A stretch of DNA of 64,000 nt. It comes from an uncultured bacterium (GTDB lineage Bacteria > Actinomycetota > Geothermincolia > Geothermincolales > Geothermincolaceae). The notes under the pieces were generated by a model. That model ran no database searches and was not told where the DNA came from. It worked only from the letters and a program-made list of their open reading frames with translations. A program made the position numbers and the translations under genes. Shown in pieces: positions 32,358-42,633 of this stretch. The stretch covers positions 32,691 to 96,690 of the forward strand of contig CAWFDJ010000027.1 in assembly GCA_963814495.1 (NCBI GenBank). Direction: 5' to 3'. Numbering within the stretch: the stretch's first letter is position 1; each line of letters begins with the position of its first letter.

Positions 32358-32930
32358 CTACCTGCCGCCCTTCAAGGCCTCCAGCTTGCGCCGGGCGATG
32401 GTGTCGTGGGGCTTGTAGCTCAGGAAGTTCTCCAGGTCCTCCCGGGCCATCTCCTTCTCGTCCTTCATAAGATAGGCCTCCGCCCGCTTGCGGTAGGCCT
32501 GCGCGTAATCCGGGTACAGCTCGATGGCCTTGCTGTAGTCCTTGACGGCCTCGTCCAGGTCCCCCAGGGCCACGTGGGAATCGCCGCGGCTGGTGTAGGC
32601 GGCGGCGAAGTCGGACTTGAGGTGGATGGCCTGGGTCATGGCCTCGATGGCCGGGCCGTACTCCTTGGCCCCGATGTGGGCCAGCCCCAGGTTGTAGTAG
32701 GCCACCGCGTAGTCGGGGAAGAGCCCCACCGCCTCCTGGAAGAGGGCGATGGCCTTCGCGTAATCACCCCGCGCGGCCATGATGTTGCCCTCGGTATGCA
32801 GGGACGTGGCCTTCTTGATGTCGTCGATGTTGGTGTAGCGGACGGGTACCCCGCAGTGGGGGCAGCGCTCGAAGCCCTCGGAGATGTCCTTGTTACAGTT
32901 GTAACACCGGGGAAGCTCGTCCTCGTTCAC
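32358..32930 (-). CDS. Zinc-ribbon + TPR protein
   Basis: CYNC..CPHCG, then TPR units AYYNLGLA, AYTSRGDS and AYRKRAEA. Confidence 0.85.
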   Translation of the reverse strand: MNEDELPRCYNCNKDISEGFERCPHCGVPVRYTNIDDIKKATSLHTEGNIMAARGDYAKAIALFQEAVGLFPDYAVAYYNLGLAHIGAKEYGPAIEAMTQAIHLKSDFAAAYTSRGDSHVALGDLDEAVKDYSKAIELYPDYAQAYRKRAEAYLMKDEKEMAREDLENFLSYKPHDTIARRKLEALKGGR

Positions 32931-32957
32931 TCGGCGGTATACCTTCCCTTGAAAAAA

Positions 32958-33033
32958 TGGCGCCCTTGGAGGGACTCGAACCCCCGCCTACGGCTCCGGA
33001 GGCCGCCGCTCTATCCGTCTGAGCTACAAGGGC
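32958..33033 (-). tRNA. tRNA-Arg(CCG)
   Basis: Minus strand GCCCTTG...CAAGGGC-G-CCA, anticodon loop CTCCGGA, GGTTCGAGTCC T-arm. Confidence 0.97.
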
Positions 33034-33105
33034 ACACACAGTTGTTCTCGCACCCAATATACCAACCATGTCCCGAGATTGCCAGAAAAGGTAACCGGCG
33101 GGGGG

Positions 33106-34287
33106 TCAGAGCGAAGCCGCCAGGTCCTTCCCGAAGGCCACCGCGCCGGCCAGGTCCTCCTCCGTCGGCACCAGGTTGACCCGGTAGGGCTCCAGGGGGG
33201 TCTTGAACTTGAGGCCGGACAGGCGGTCCTGGATGAGCTTGGGCGCCTCCCCGCTCCAGCCGTAGGAGCCGAAGGCCGCCCCCAGCTTGCCGCGCAGCTT
33301 CAGGGTGGCCAGGTGGGAAAGGAGGTTCCACACCGGCTCCACCGCGTCGCCGTTGATGGTGGTGGAACCCACCGCCATGCCGTCCGCCGCCTCGATGAGG
33401 TCGATCATCATCCCCAGCTCGGTGCCGGCGATGTCCGCGACCCTGACCTTGACCCCCGCCGCACGGATGCCCTCGGCTATCTTCTCCGCCAGCATGGCGG
33501 TGTTGCCGTAGGCGCTGGCGTAGAGGACCAGCAGGTTCGCCTCGGCGCCGGGGGCGGGCGTGGAGCTCCACTGCTTGTACAGCTCCACCAGCTTCCAGGG
33601 ATCGGAGCGGAGCACCGGGCCGTGGCTGGGGCCGATCATCTCTATCTGGAGGCCGGAGATCTTGTCGATGGCCTCCAGCACGTACTGCTTGAAGGGGCGG
33701 AAGATCACCAGGTAATAGTATTCGAAAGCGTGGCTGTAGTCGTCCATCAGGTCGTCGAAGATGCGGTCGTCGCAGAAGTGGGCGCCCAGGAAGTCGCAGG
33801 GGAAGAGGATCTTGTCCTCCTCGAGGTAGGTGAAGATGGTGTCGGGCCAGTGCAGGAAGGGGGCCTGGATGAACTTGAGGGTCTTGCCCCCCAGGTCGAG
33901 GGAGTCCCCGTCCCCCACCACCATGGGGTCGACGTCGCGGTTGAGGATGTTCGCAACGAAGCGGACGCAGTTCTTGCCGCACACCACCCTGGCCTGCGGC
34001 GCCGCCTCGAGCAGGGCGCCCAGCGAGCCGGAGTGGTCGGGCTCGGTGTGGTTGACCACGACGTAGTCTATCTTGTCCAGGGGGGTGAGTTCCCTCAGCA
34101 TCTCCAGGTACTCGCCGGAGAAGGAGCCTTTATTGGCGTCGATGACGGCGGTCTTCTCGCTCCCCTTGACCAGGTAGGAGTTGTAGGTGGTGCCGTGGTC
34201 GGCCAGCATGATGATGTCGAAGACACGCAGCTGCGGGTTGAGGACTCCCGTCCACCAGACCCCTTCTTTAAGCTCGACAGGGCGCAT
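33106..34287 (-). CDS. fprA: Flavodiiron protein (FprA/A-type flavoprotein)
   Basis: GTTYNSYL, NHTEPDHSGS, PFLHWPD, CDFLGAH, PSHGP, YASAYGNT, FGSYGWSGEA. Confidence 0.93.
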   Translation of the reverse strand: MRPVELKEGVWWTGVLNPQLRVFDIIMLADHGTTYNSYLVKGSEKTAVIDANKGSFSGEYLEMLRELTPLDKIDYVVVNHTEPDHSGSLGALLEAAPQARVVCGKNCVRFVANILNRDVDPMVVGDGDSLDLGGKTLKFIQAPFLHWPDTIFTYLEEDKILFPCDFLGAHFCDDRIFDDLMDDYSHAFEYYYLVIFRPFKQYVLEAIDKISGLQIEMIGPSHGPVLRSDPWKLVELYKQWSSTPAPGAEANLLVLYASAYGNTAMLAEKIAEGIRAAGVKVRVADIAGTELGMMIDLIEAADGMAVGSTTINGDAVEPVWNLLSHLATLKLRGKLGAAFGSYGWSGEAPKLIQDRLSGLKFKTPLEPYRVNLVPTEEDLAGAVAFGKDLAASL

Positions 34288-34316
34288 CGATCATTCCCCC
34301 TTAAACGTCTATCAGC

Positions 34317-34475
34317 CTACGCTTTCTCGAACAAGTCCTTGGCCGCGCCGCAGACCGGGCAGACCCAGTCGTCCGGCAGGTCCTCGAAGGGGGTGTTGGG
34401 GGCGATGCCGCCGTCGGGGTCTCCCTTGGCCGGGTCGTAGGTGTAGCCGCAAACGGAGCACTCGTACTTGTCCAT
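34317..34475 (-). CDS. rub: Rubredoxin
   Basis: [33 protein letters not shown]; AGGAGG RBS. Confidence 0.96.
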   Translation of the reverse strand: MDKYECSVCGYTYDPAKGDPDGGIAPNTPFEDLPDDWVCPVCGAAKDLFEKA

Positions 34476-34576
34476 GTCCTTCCTCCTTGGCGAATAACGG
34501 TCCTGGTACGGCAACTGTTATTATACCCATATTCAGGGGAGATAACCTGCCGTGGCCGGTGGCTTTCCTCGAGTAC

Positions 34577-35095
34577 CTACGAGCCCCAGGCGGAGGCCCT
34601 GCCGACCACCTTCCAGGCGCCGTTGGTGTACTCGAGCTTGTAGATGACCCCGTCGATGGACATGGGGCCGTACATGGTGTCCACTTCCACCCGGGCCGTG
34701 CCCGCCCCTTCGTCCAGCTCCTGGACGCGGATGGAGTGCTGGCTCGCCGTCCACGGCGTGCCGTCGCCGCTGGAGGTCTCGTCGACCAGGGTGTTGAACT
34801 CCTCCAGGGATATCTCGGTGACCGTACCGTCCTCGATCTTCCACATCTTCTCGTTAAAGGCCTCCGGCCCGCCGCTCAGGTCCTCGATCGGGATACCGCT
34901 GCAGCACCACCAGCTGCATGGGCAGCTGCTTCGTGGGGGCGACGATGCTCCTGACGGTGTAGTCGACCAGGCTGTCCTTCATGGTGGCCTGGCCGCCTCC
35001 CCCGCACCCTGCCGCCGCCAGGGCGGCCGCCAGGACCAGGGCCAGGGCCAACAGGGCCACCGGGGCGAGGCGTTTCCTGCCGGGTACTATATATG
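34577..35095 (-). CDS. Hypothetical lipoprotein (frameshift ~34860)
   Basis: Lipobox LAAAGC after a hydrophobic stretch; continues in ORF 34577..34846. Confidence 0.55.
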
Positions 35096-35227
35096 CCACG
35101 CATGTCTCCTTTCGCTCATCTCCTTAGACGCACGTAATAGATTTCTTCGGCTCCGAGGCTAAGCCCTTCTGATAAACTGGAGGATGACGCACCGGATGGA
35201 AGAATCGAGGACGAGGAGGAGATAACC

Positions 35228-36038
35228 TTGGCATCCCTGGCCGACAGCATCGTCGAGAGGCGCGGGTTCCTCGAGGAGAACCGCCCGCTGGTCCACCACA
35301 TCACCAATTTCGTGGTCATGAACGAGACCGCCAACCTCACCATCTGCGCGGGGGCGCTGCCGGTGATGGCCCACGCCGTCGAGGAGGTGGAGGAGATGGC
35401 CGGCCTGGCTTCGGCCCTGGTGCTGAACATCGGCACCCTCTACCCGGAGATGGTGGAGGCCATGCTGCTGGCGGGCCGTCGCGCCAACGCCCGGGGCATC
35501 CCGGTGGTACTGGACCCGGTGGGCGCGGGGGCCACCGCATATCGCACCGAGACGGCCAGGAGGATACTCGCGGAGGTCGAGGTGGCGGTGGTGCGCGGCA
35601 ACGCGGGCGAGGTCTCCGTCCTGGCCGGGCGCCGGGCCGAGGTCCGCGGGGTGGAGTCCATCTCCGCCGATGACAGACCTGGGGGAAGTGGCGCGCGAGC
35701 TGGCCGCGCGGCTGAGCTGCGTTACCGCGGTCACCGGGCCGGTGGACTACCTGAGCGACGGCGAGCGGGTGATCTCGGTGCGCAACGGCCACCCCATGAT
35801 GGGCCGGGTCACCGGCACCGGCTGCATGTCCACCACCATGGCCGCCTGCTACTGCGCCGCGGGTGAGCCCTGGCTGGAGGGCGCGGCGGCCGGCCTGACC
35901 GTCTTCGGCATCGCGGGAGAGCTGGCGGCGGAGAGGTCGGGCCCGGCCCCGGGCACCTTCCACGTGCTGCTCTACGACTGCCTGGCCGGGCTGACCCCGG
36001 AGGTCATCCGGGAGAGGGCGCGGGTGGAGGAAGCCTGA
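35228..36038 (+). CDS. thiM: Hydroxyethylthiazole kinase (frameshift ~35675)
   Basis: [38 protein letters not shown]. Confidence 0.93.
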
Positions 36039-36325
36039 TCAACCCCTGGGTTTGTAGGCCCTCTCGTTCCGAGGTTTGACCGCCAGGATGAAGAGCGACC
36101 TCTTCCCGTCGTCCACGTCGTAGAACACCCGGAACCTGCCGACCCGGAGCCTGAACTCGCCCAGGTCCCTTACCTTGAGCTTGATGGACCCGGGAGGACG
36201 CGGCTCTCGGCGAGGCCCTCGATGGCGCCCAGCAGGGCCTCGCGGTCTTCCCGCGGCAGCTTCCTCACCTGCTTGACGACGTTGTTGGGGACGACCACCC
36301 GGTAGGGCTGCCGCTTAGAGGCCAA
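36038..36325 (-). CDS. RelE/ParE-family toxin (indel-broken)
   Basis: VVKQVRKL..I..L...PPGSIKLK....FRLRVGRFRVFYDVDD..ILAV read across frames; start overlaps the antitoxin end. Confidence 0.72.
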
Positions 36326-36605
36326 GGGACTTCCTCAGCTCCTCGAGGCCGACCGTCTCGCCCTTCTCTATCTCCCGGCGGGACTTGGAGACCGTCATCA
36401 CCAGGTTGGTGTCGTGCATGTCCTCGATGAGTTCCATCAGCGCTTCGTATTCCTCGATGGGCATGCAGACGGCGTCCGGTTTGCCCCTGTCGGTTATGAA
36501 TATTCTGGAGCCCTTCTTGCGGGCGCGGTAGATGATGTCGGGCATCTTGGCGCGGAACTCACGCTTGCCGACGAACTCGTCTTCCTTCCTTACGGGATAA
36601 GACAT
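36315..36605 (-). CDS. Phd/YefM-family antitoxin
   Basis: REFRAKMPDII..IFITDRGKPDAVCMPIEEYEALME...LEELRKSLG. Confidence 0.85.
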   Translation of the reverse strand: MSYPVRKEDEFVGKREFRAKMPDIIYRARKKGSRIFITDRGKPDAVCMPIEEYEALMELIEDMHDTNLVMTVSKSRREIEKGETVGLEELRKSLGL

Positions 36606-36690
36606 CCCGGCACCCCCTTTCGCGGTCTCCTGACTCCATTATAGCCGGATGTTTTACAAATGCAAAACATATGCCCGCGGTCGGGGGCGG

Positions 36691-38088
36691 TCAGGAGCGG
36701 CCGGCCACCATCACGCCCTCCAGCGCCAGGGTGGCGCAGCCCAGGCTGCCCTCCATGGGGAGGAAGCGGAGGTCGCTGCCGACCATGGCCACCTGGTGGA
36801 GCAGGTCCAGCAGCTGGCCGGCGATGGTGATCTCGCGCAGGGGGCGGTCCAGTTTCCCGTCCTTGATGAGCAGCCCCAGGGCGCCCAGGGAGATCTCCCC
36901 GCTGATGGGGTTGGCCCCGGCGTGCACCCCCACCAGCTGCATCACCAGGATGCCCTCGCCCACCTCGCGGACGATCTCGTCCCGGCTCCTCTCCCCCGGC
37001 TCGAGGAAGAGGTTGGTGGGGCTGACGCGGGGGCGGTCGCGGTAGGAGCCGCGCCGGGCGTTGCCGGTGCTCTCCGTGCCGCTGCGCGAGGCGGTGTAGG
37101 TGGTGTGGAAGTAGCTCTTCAGGACCCCCTCGCTCACCACCTCGGTGCGGCGCGAGGGGACCCCCTCGTCGTCGAAGGGGGCGGTGGCCAGGCCGGCGCG
37201 CATCAGCCCGTCGTCCACCACCGTGAGCAGCTCGTTGCCGATGGACTGGCCCAGGCGCCCGGCGAAGAGCGAGCGCCCCTTGAGCACCGCCTCGGCCGAG
37301 AGGGCGGAGGCCAGCACCCCCAGGAACTCCGCCGCGATGAGGTTGTCCAGCACGATGGTGGTGCGGCGCGAGGCCATGCTGCTCGCGCCCAGCAGGTCCA
37401 GGGCGTGGCGGGCGGCCTCCTCCGCGCAGGCGGCCAGGTCCAGGTCGGAGGGCTGCTTGCCCACGGAGAAGGAGAAGCCGGACTGGGAGCCCTCCCCCTC
37501 GCCGGCGATGGGCATGACGTAGCAGTGGCAGTCGCTCCCCTGGTAGCCGCCGCAGAACCCCCGCGAGTTGGCCAGGGCCACCCGGTAGACGGAGTCGGCG
37601 TAGACGGAGCTCTCCACCGCCCGGATGCGGGGGTCGGCGCCGCGGGTCAGTTCCTCCAGCTCCAGGGCCATCTCCACCTTGCGCCCCACCGGGGTCGAGG
37701 CGGTCTCTTCCCTGTACATCTCCAGGTCTTCGCGGGTGAACTCCTGCGCCGGCGGCAGCAGGTTGTGCTCGTCGGGGGTGCTGAAGCGGGCGTTGTCCAC
37801 GGCGTCGCGGATGGTGCGCTTGACTTCTTCCTCATCGAGGCCGGAGGTGTAGGCGTAGCCCAGCCTCCCCTCATCGAGGGCGCGCACTCCCACCCCCCGG
37901 GAGGCGGACGAGCGCAGCTCCTCCACTTCGCCCTGGTAGGTCTTGACGGTCAGGCCCGCGCCGTCCTGTACGTACACCTCCACCTCGGAGGCGCCCATGC
38001 GCTGGCCCGCCTCGGCCCAGGCGCAGGCCTTCTCCTGCAGTTCCTCCACCGTGAGGCGCTCCGGCGCCGGATGCTCGTGACCGCTCAT
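36691..38088 (-). CDS. pmbA: TldD/PmbA family, PmbA (TldE) subunit
   Basis: KGRSLFAGRLG, PFDDEG, STGNA, ISGEIS, GQLLDLL. Confidence 0.9.
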   Translation of the reverse strand: MSGHEHPAPERLTVEELQEKACAWAEAGQRMGASEVEVYVQDGAGLTVKTYQGEVEELRSSASRGVGVRALDEGRLGYAYTSGLDEEEVKRTIRDAVDNARFSTPDEHNLLPPAQEFTREDLEMYREETASTPVGRKVEMALELEELTRGADPRIRAVESSVYADSVYRVALANSRGFCGGYQGSDCHCYVMPIAGEGEGSQSGFSFSVGKQPSDLDLAACAEEAARHALDLLGASSMASRRTTIVLDNLIAAEFLGVLASALSAEAVLKGRSLFAGRLGQSIGNELLTVVDDGLMRAGLATAPFDDEGVPSRRTEVVSEGVLKSYFHTTYTASRSGTESTGNARRGSYRDRPRVSPTNLFLEPGERSRDEIVREVGEGILVMQLVGVHAGANPISGEISLGALGLLIKDGKLDRPLREITIAGQLLDLLHQVAMVGSDLRFLPMEGSLGCATLALEGVMVAGRS

Positions 38089-39495
38089 CTATCCCACCTC
38101 CGCCGTTCCGCCGATGACCATCTCCCGCACCCTCAAGGTGGGCTGGCCGGTGGAGACGGGCACCGACTGGCCGTCCTTGCCGCACATGCCCGCGTCGAAA
38201 TCGAGGTCGGCGGCGACGGCGTCGATGTTCTCCAGCACGCGGGGGCCGTTGCCGACGAGGGTGGCGCCCTTGATGGGGTCGGCGACGCGCCCGTTCTCCA
38301 CCAGGTACCCCTCGGTGATGGAGAAGATGAAGTCGCCGGTGACCGGGTTGACCTCCCCGCCCCCCAGCTTCTTCGCGTAGACCCCGTTCGCGGTGTCGGC
38401 CAGGATATCCTCGAAGGTCTGCTCGCCGGGGGCGATGAAGGTGTTGGACATGCGCGGGATGGGCAGGTGCCGGTAGGACTGGCGCCGCCCGTTGCCGGTG
38501 GCCTCCACGCCGTCCCGCAGCGAGCGCTTCCTGTCGTTGATGAAGGAGTTGAGCACCCCCGCCTCGATGAGGGGGGTGCGCCGCGCCGGCGTCCCCTCGT
38601 CGTCGAGGTGGAAGGAGCCCCACACCCCGGCCAGGGTGGGGTCGTCGTAGGCCGAGACCAGCTCCGAGGCCACCTTCTGCCCGACGCGCCCCGCGAAGAC
38701 CGAGGCGTCCTTGAAGACCGCGTCCGCCTCCAGGCCGTGGCCGCAGGCTTCGTGGAAGAGGACGCCGCCGGTGCCGTTGGCGATGATCACCGGGAAGGGG
38801 CCGGAGGGGGCGGGGCGGGCGTCCAGCATGGTCAGGGCCTGGCGCGCCGCCTTGGCGCCCAGTTCCCTGGGGTCGTGCCGGTCGAAGAGCTCGTAGCCGC
38901 CCAGCACCCCCGGAGCCTCGTAGCCGGTCTGGATGTCGCCGGCCCGGGCCGCCACCACCTGCACCAGGATGCGCACCCGCACCCGCTCGTCCTCCACCGC
39001 CCGGCCGTCGCTCGAGGCGACGAAGACGCGCTGGCGGCTGTCGCCCAGGGCCACGATGACCTGGACCACCTCGGGCCCCTCGCCGCGGGCCGCCGCGTCC
39101 GCCCGGCGGGCCAGGGTCAGCTTGACCTCCCGCGGCACCTCCTCGGGGTTCTTCTTGACGAAATGCAGCACCTCCGACGCCACGGTGGCGCGCGCCGGGG
39201 CGGTGAGTTCGACCACGGAGACGCCGGGGGAGTTGCGCACCGCCGCCGCGGCGATGGCCGCCGTCTCCACCAGGGACGCCTCGCTCAGGTCGTTGGTGTA
39301 GGCGTAAGCCATGGACTCGCCGTAGAGGACGCGCACCCCCGCCCCGTTCTCCCGCCCGGTGGAGTTCTCCTCCACCTTCTCCTCCTCCAGGCGCAGCGAG
39401 TAGCCGCGGCGGCTCTCCACGAAGACCTCGGCGAAGTCTCCTCCGTCGCGCAGGGCGCGCCTGATGACCTTATCCGCGATGGAAACGTCGAGCAT
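38089..39495 (-). CDS. tldD: TldD metalloprotease subunit
   Basis: FHEACGHGLEAD, TGNGRRQSY, PRMSNT, GMCGKDGQSVPV..GQPT. Confidence 0.95.
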   Translation of the reverse strand: MLDVSIADKVIRRALRDGGDFAEVFVESRRGYSLRLEEEKVEENSTGRENGAGVRVLYGESMAYAYTNDLSEASLVETAAIAAAAVRNSPGVSVVELTAPARATVASEVLHFVKKNPEEVPREVKLTLARRADAAARGEGPEVVQVIVALGDSRQRVFVASSDGRAVEDERVRVRILVQVVAARAGDIQTGYEAPGVLGGYELFDRHDPRELGAKAARQALTMLDARPAPSGPFPVIIANGTGGVLFHEACGHGLEADAVFKDASVFAGRVGQKVASELVSAYDDPTLAGVWGSFHLDDEGTPARRTPLIEAGVLNSFINDRKRSLRDGVEATGNGRRQSYRHLPIPRMSNTFIAPGEQTFEDILADTANGVYAKKLGGGEVNPVTGDFIFSITEGYLVENGRVADPIKGATLVGNGPRVLENIDAVAADLDFDAGMCGKDGQSVPVSTGQPTLRVREMVIGGTAEVG

Positions 39496-39595
39496 GTCCT
39501 CTCCTTTCGGGTAACGAGACCCCTTTCGGGACAAGGGATCCGGGTGTTTCGCCGGCGACCGGTGATCGGGTTCCGGCAATGCAGACCCGGACTCG

Positions 39596-39781
39596 TCAGA
39601 TGGCGATGTATTCGGCGAACGAGGTCGGCTCGGGAATCGGCAGATCGTCTTCTTCAAGGCCTTTCAAGTGCAACTCGATGGCGTCTTTCATGTTCTTCTC
39701 CACCTCTTCCCGGGTAGAACCGGTAGCCACGCAACCCGGCAGGTCTGGTAGTTTCTCGATTATCACCAGAAAACGATGCAT
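39596..39781 (-). pseudogene. hicB: HicB antitoxin with an internal deletion
   Basis: FLVIIEK-LPDLPGCVATGSTREEVEKNMKDAIELHLKGL..D.PIP. The beta-strand normally between EK and PDLPG is missing. Confidence 0.7.
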
Positions 39782-39935
39782 CAGCCCTCCTCGGCCTGCT
39801 TCAGTATGCTGTTCAAGGTGCCCGGTGCAGTCGTGACTCTTGCGATGGTGACCCTCCGGCTTCGACGGATGCTTATACTGCAGTGGCTGCCTTGATACCA
39901 CGTTCCAGCATTTTGATGATATCACGTACTTTCAT
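39781..39935 (-). pseudogene. hicA: Degenerate HicA toxin
   Basis: MKVRDIIKMLE..WY..GSH.QYKHPSKP..RVTI..PGTLNSILKQA recoverable only across several frames; TGA/ATG overlap with hicB. Confidence 0.7.
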
Positions 39936-40035
39936 GCCGCTCCAAACCCCGTTTCCATCATCACCGACGCGGCCTTTCCCGACCCCATGATATGGCGGCA
40001 AGGACGGGGGCACTAATGTAAGACCGGCGGGAGGA

Positions 40036-41029
40036 TTAATCCGCAAGGTTGCCTTCCATCCCCAGCAGGGACCGGATGAGGGCGGCCCGGTCCTCGAGGA
40101 TGCTCTCGACCCGGCGGGCCTCGCCGGTGAGGGCGAGGTAGTTATAGGCGTAACGGGAGAAGCGCACGTGGACGGCGTCCCCACCGCCCCCCGAAGACAT
40201 CACCGCCAGGACGTAGGGGGTCTCCTCCATGAAGACGATGGCCGCGTCGTTGTTGTAACCCTGGTAATCCCCCTCCTTGTTGCCCACCTCCACGCCCGCG
40301 GGCACCCCGGCGGGGATGCGCGAGCGGTAGATGTCCTCCTTGAGGAACTGGATGATCTCCTGGAACAACGGGTTGGAGGCGGCCAGGTCCATGACCCGGC
40401 GCAGGACGATGCCGAGCTCCCTGGCGGTGGCCATGTTCTTGCCGTCGTAGGTCCCGGTCACCGGGCAGCCGATGGAGGCGGCGAAGCGGCGGAATTTGTC
40501 GTAGCCGTAGGTGCGCTTGAGCAGGTTGGAGGCGATGTTGTCGCTCTTGGCGAGGGCCAGCCTGCAGAGCTGCCGCACGGTGTAGGCGGTCCCCACCGGC
40601 GCGAACTGGATCTCGCCGGAGCCCCCTTCGTAGGCGGCCGAGGTGTAGGTGACGCGGTTGTCCAGGCTGGTCGAGCCGGCCGCGGCCAGTTCGTAGATGT
40701 ATTCCACCAGGAAGAGCTTGTGGCACGAGGCGGAGCAGAACTTCTTGTCCGGGTTGAAACCCGCCTCCTCCCCCGTCTCCAGCAGCGAGAAGTAGACGCC
40801 GTAGGACCCGCCGTACCCTCCCGCGATGTTCGCGAAGGCCTGGTCCAGGTACTGGGAGTCGATGAGCGGCTCAGGGGCGGCGGGCTGGGCCGGGGTTGGC
40901 GGCTGCGGCTGCGGTTGCGTCTGCGTCTTGCGCCTGCGCCGCGGCGGTCGTCGAAAAGGCCGCTCCCGTGCCCGCGAGCAGCAGGAGGGCCAGTGCCGCC
41001 TTCACGGCCGGCGTGCTACAGGACGGCAT
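40036..41029 (-). CDS. Exported serine hydrolase, class A beta-lactamase-like (frameshifted)
   Basis: SASCHK (SxxK), KSDNIAS (SDN), GNKEG, NDAAIV, YVLAVM; 5' end approximate. Confidence 0.72.
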
Positions 41030-41585
41030 ATTCCACCGCGAGATGTCGGCCGGCGGTGTCCCAGAAGCTGAACTTGACCTCGCCGGTGAGCCCCAGGTCG
41101 GCCCGGGAGACGGTGACGATGTCGTAGGGGCTGGTGAAGGCCTGGCTGACCATGTTGCCGGGCAGCGGCTCCACGGCTTCCACGTAGACGTTGACGGTCC
41201 CCGACTCCTCCTTGACCGAGGTGACCTCGATGGCGTATCCGCCGGTGGGCTTGACCCCCTGGAAGGCGGCGATGACGATGTCCGAGCCCAGGTCCACCGC
41301 GGGGGGCGGCGGGGGGCTCTGCACGTATGCGGGCGGGTACATCCGGGCCCAGAACCCCTCCCAGCCCGCCTGGTCCACCACCACCTCGAAGAAGGCCGGG
41401 GTGCTCTGCGCGCCCGTCTCCTCGAAACTGTAGTAGGTGAAGGTGCCCCGGTCCAGCTCGCTGAAGGGGACCTCCCGCCCGCCGCCCTGCTCGCCCCCGC
41501 AGGAGAGGGAGGCCGCCAGCAGGACCGCCAGCAGGACCGCCAGCGGTACGGACGAACATGCCGCCGTGAAAGCTCTTCTCCTCAT
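41016..41585 (-). CDS. Lipoprotein with a PrcB C-terminal-like domain
   Basis: Lipobox LSC; VDLGSDIVIAAFQGVKPTGGYAIEV..V..P....VSQAFTSPY. Confidence 0.72.
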   Translation of the reverse strand: MRRRAFTAACSSVPLAVLLAVLLAASLSCGGEQGGGREVPFSELDRGTFTYYSFEETGAQSTPAFFEVVVDQAGWEGFWARMYPPAYVQSPPPPPAVDLGSDIVIAAFQGVKPTGGYAIEVTSVKEESGTVNVYVEAVEPLPGNMVSQAFTSPYDIVTVSRADLGLTGEVKFSFWDTAGRHLAVEYAVL

Positions 41586-41658
41586 GCCCCCATTGTAAGC
41601 CATAAGGCCCGGCCTTCCCACTTCCGGCCGGGAAAACGCGGCGCCGGGCCCTCCCGGC

Positions 41659-41688
41659 TTGACATAGTAAACATTTGTTCACTATAAT
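41659..41688 (+). promoter_or_regulatory. lexA promoter with an SOS box in the spacer
   Basis: TTGACA-18 bp-TATAAT. The palindrome TAGTAAAC-ATTT-GTTCACTA (41665-41684) matches the Gram-positive GAAC-N4-GTTC box. Confidence 0.85.
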
Positions 41689-41730
41689 GAAAACCGGCCG
41701 GGGTTACCGGGGAAAGGAGGAGGCCGGGGC

Positions 41731-42336
41731 ATGCGACAGCTGACGGAACGGCAGGGGCAGGCGCTGGAGTTCATCGCCCGCATGGTGGAAGAGCGGGACG
41801 ACCCCCCCAGCGTGCGCGAGCTCTGCGAGCACATGGGCATCGCCTCCACCCGCGGGGCCCTGCGCCACCTGGAGGCGCTGGAGAAGAAGGGCTTCATCTC
41901 GCGGGGGACGGGCGCCCGCAGCGTCCGCCTGTCGGAGAACAGCCGCTACCGCCGCGCCTACCTCCCCCTGCTGGGCGAGGTGCCCGCCGGCCCCCTGCGC
42001 TACGCCTCCGAGGAGATCGAGGAGTGGGTGCCGGTGCCCGCCGACTGGGGCCGGGAGCAGCGCTTCATCCTGCGGGTGCGGGGCGACAGCATGGTGGGCG
42101 ACCACATCCGCGACGGTGACCTGGTGGTGGTCGACCCCCGCCTGGAGGGGGGCGACGGCGAGATCGTGGTGGCCCTGGTGGGCGACGAGGCCACGGTGAA
42201 GCGCCTCCACCGCGAGGGCCGCCGGGCGGAACTGCGCTCCTCCAACCCCGCCTACCCGCCCATCCCGCTGGAGGAGGACGGGGAAGAGGTGCGCATCCTG
42301 GGCCGGGTGGTCTCCCTGCTGCGGGACCGCATATAG
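41731..42336 (+). CDS. lexA: SOS repressor LexA
   Basis: LTERQ, PPSVREL, HLEALEKKG, GEVPAG cleavage site, RGDSM (Ser), ATVKR (Lys). Confidence 0.93.
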   Translation: MRQLTERQGQALEFIARMVEERDDPPSVRELCEHMGIASTRGALRHLEALEKKGFISRGTGARSVRLSENSRYRRAYLPLLGEVPAGPLRYASEEIEEWVPVPADWGREQRFILRVRGDSMVGDHIRDGDLVVVDPRLEGGDGEIVVALVGDEATVKRLHREGRRAELRSSNPAYPPIPLEEDGEEVRILGRVVSLLRDRI

Positions 42337-42363
42337 GACCGAGGACACGGGAGTTGATGAGAC

Positions 42364-42616
42364 ATGGTCACGCTGATAGAGGAACCGGTGGAGATGTCGG
42401 CCGTCTTCAACCGGAAGAAGATACTGCCGGTCTCCTTCGTCTGGCGGGAGCGCCGCTACCGGGTGGCCCGCGTGGCGGGCGCCCACCGCCAGCGCAAGGG
42501 GCAGTTCGTGGAGATATACTATTCGGTCCTCACCGGCGAGGGGGAAGACGTCTACGAACTGCGCTTCTCCACCGAGAGCATGAACTGGTCGCTGGTGCGC
42601 ATCCAGCGGGGAATAG
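42364..42616 (+). CDS. Small conserved-looking protein (DUF6504-like), in frame with dinB in this assembly
   Basis: IEEPVEMSAVF...PVSFVWRERRYRV...YYSV...YELRFSTESMNWSL. Confidence 0.55.
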
Positions 42617-42633
42617 CGGGCGGTGACATAGCC

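Noticed and set aside
26205-36038. Pseudogenised thiamine pathway, or programmed frameshifting in thi genes
   Set aside because: The same indel pattern affects unrelated genes throughout the window, no slippery-site consensus is evident, and the riboswitch is intact. Assembly error is the simpler explanation.
36649-39717. 1022-aa plus-strand ORF and similar long antisense ORFs (44597..47482, 25023..27179, 9216..11147)
   Set aside because: These are shadow frames of well-supported opposite-strand genes in GC-rich DNA, with no motifs of their own.
40036-41029. Antibiotic-resistance beta-lactamase
   Set aside because: The KTG motif is altered to KEG and no omega-loop Glu166 context is recognisable. 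It is more likely a cell-wall serine hydrolase.
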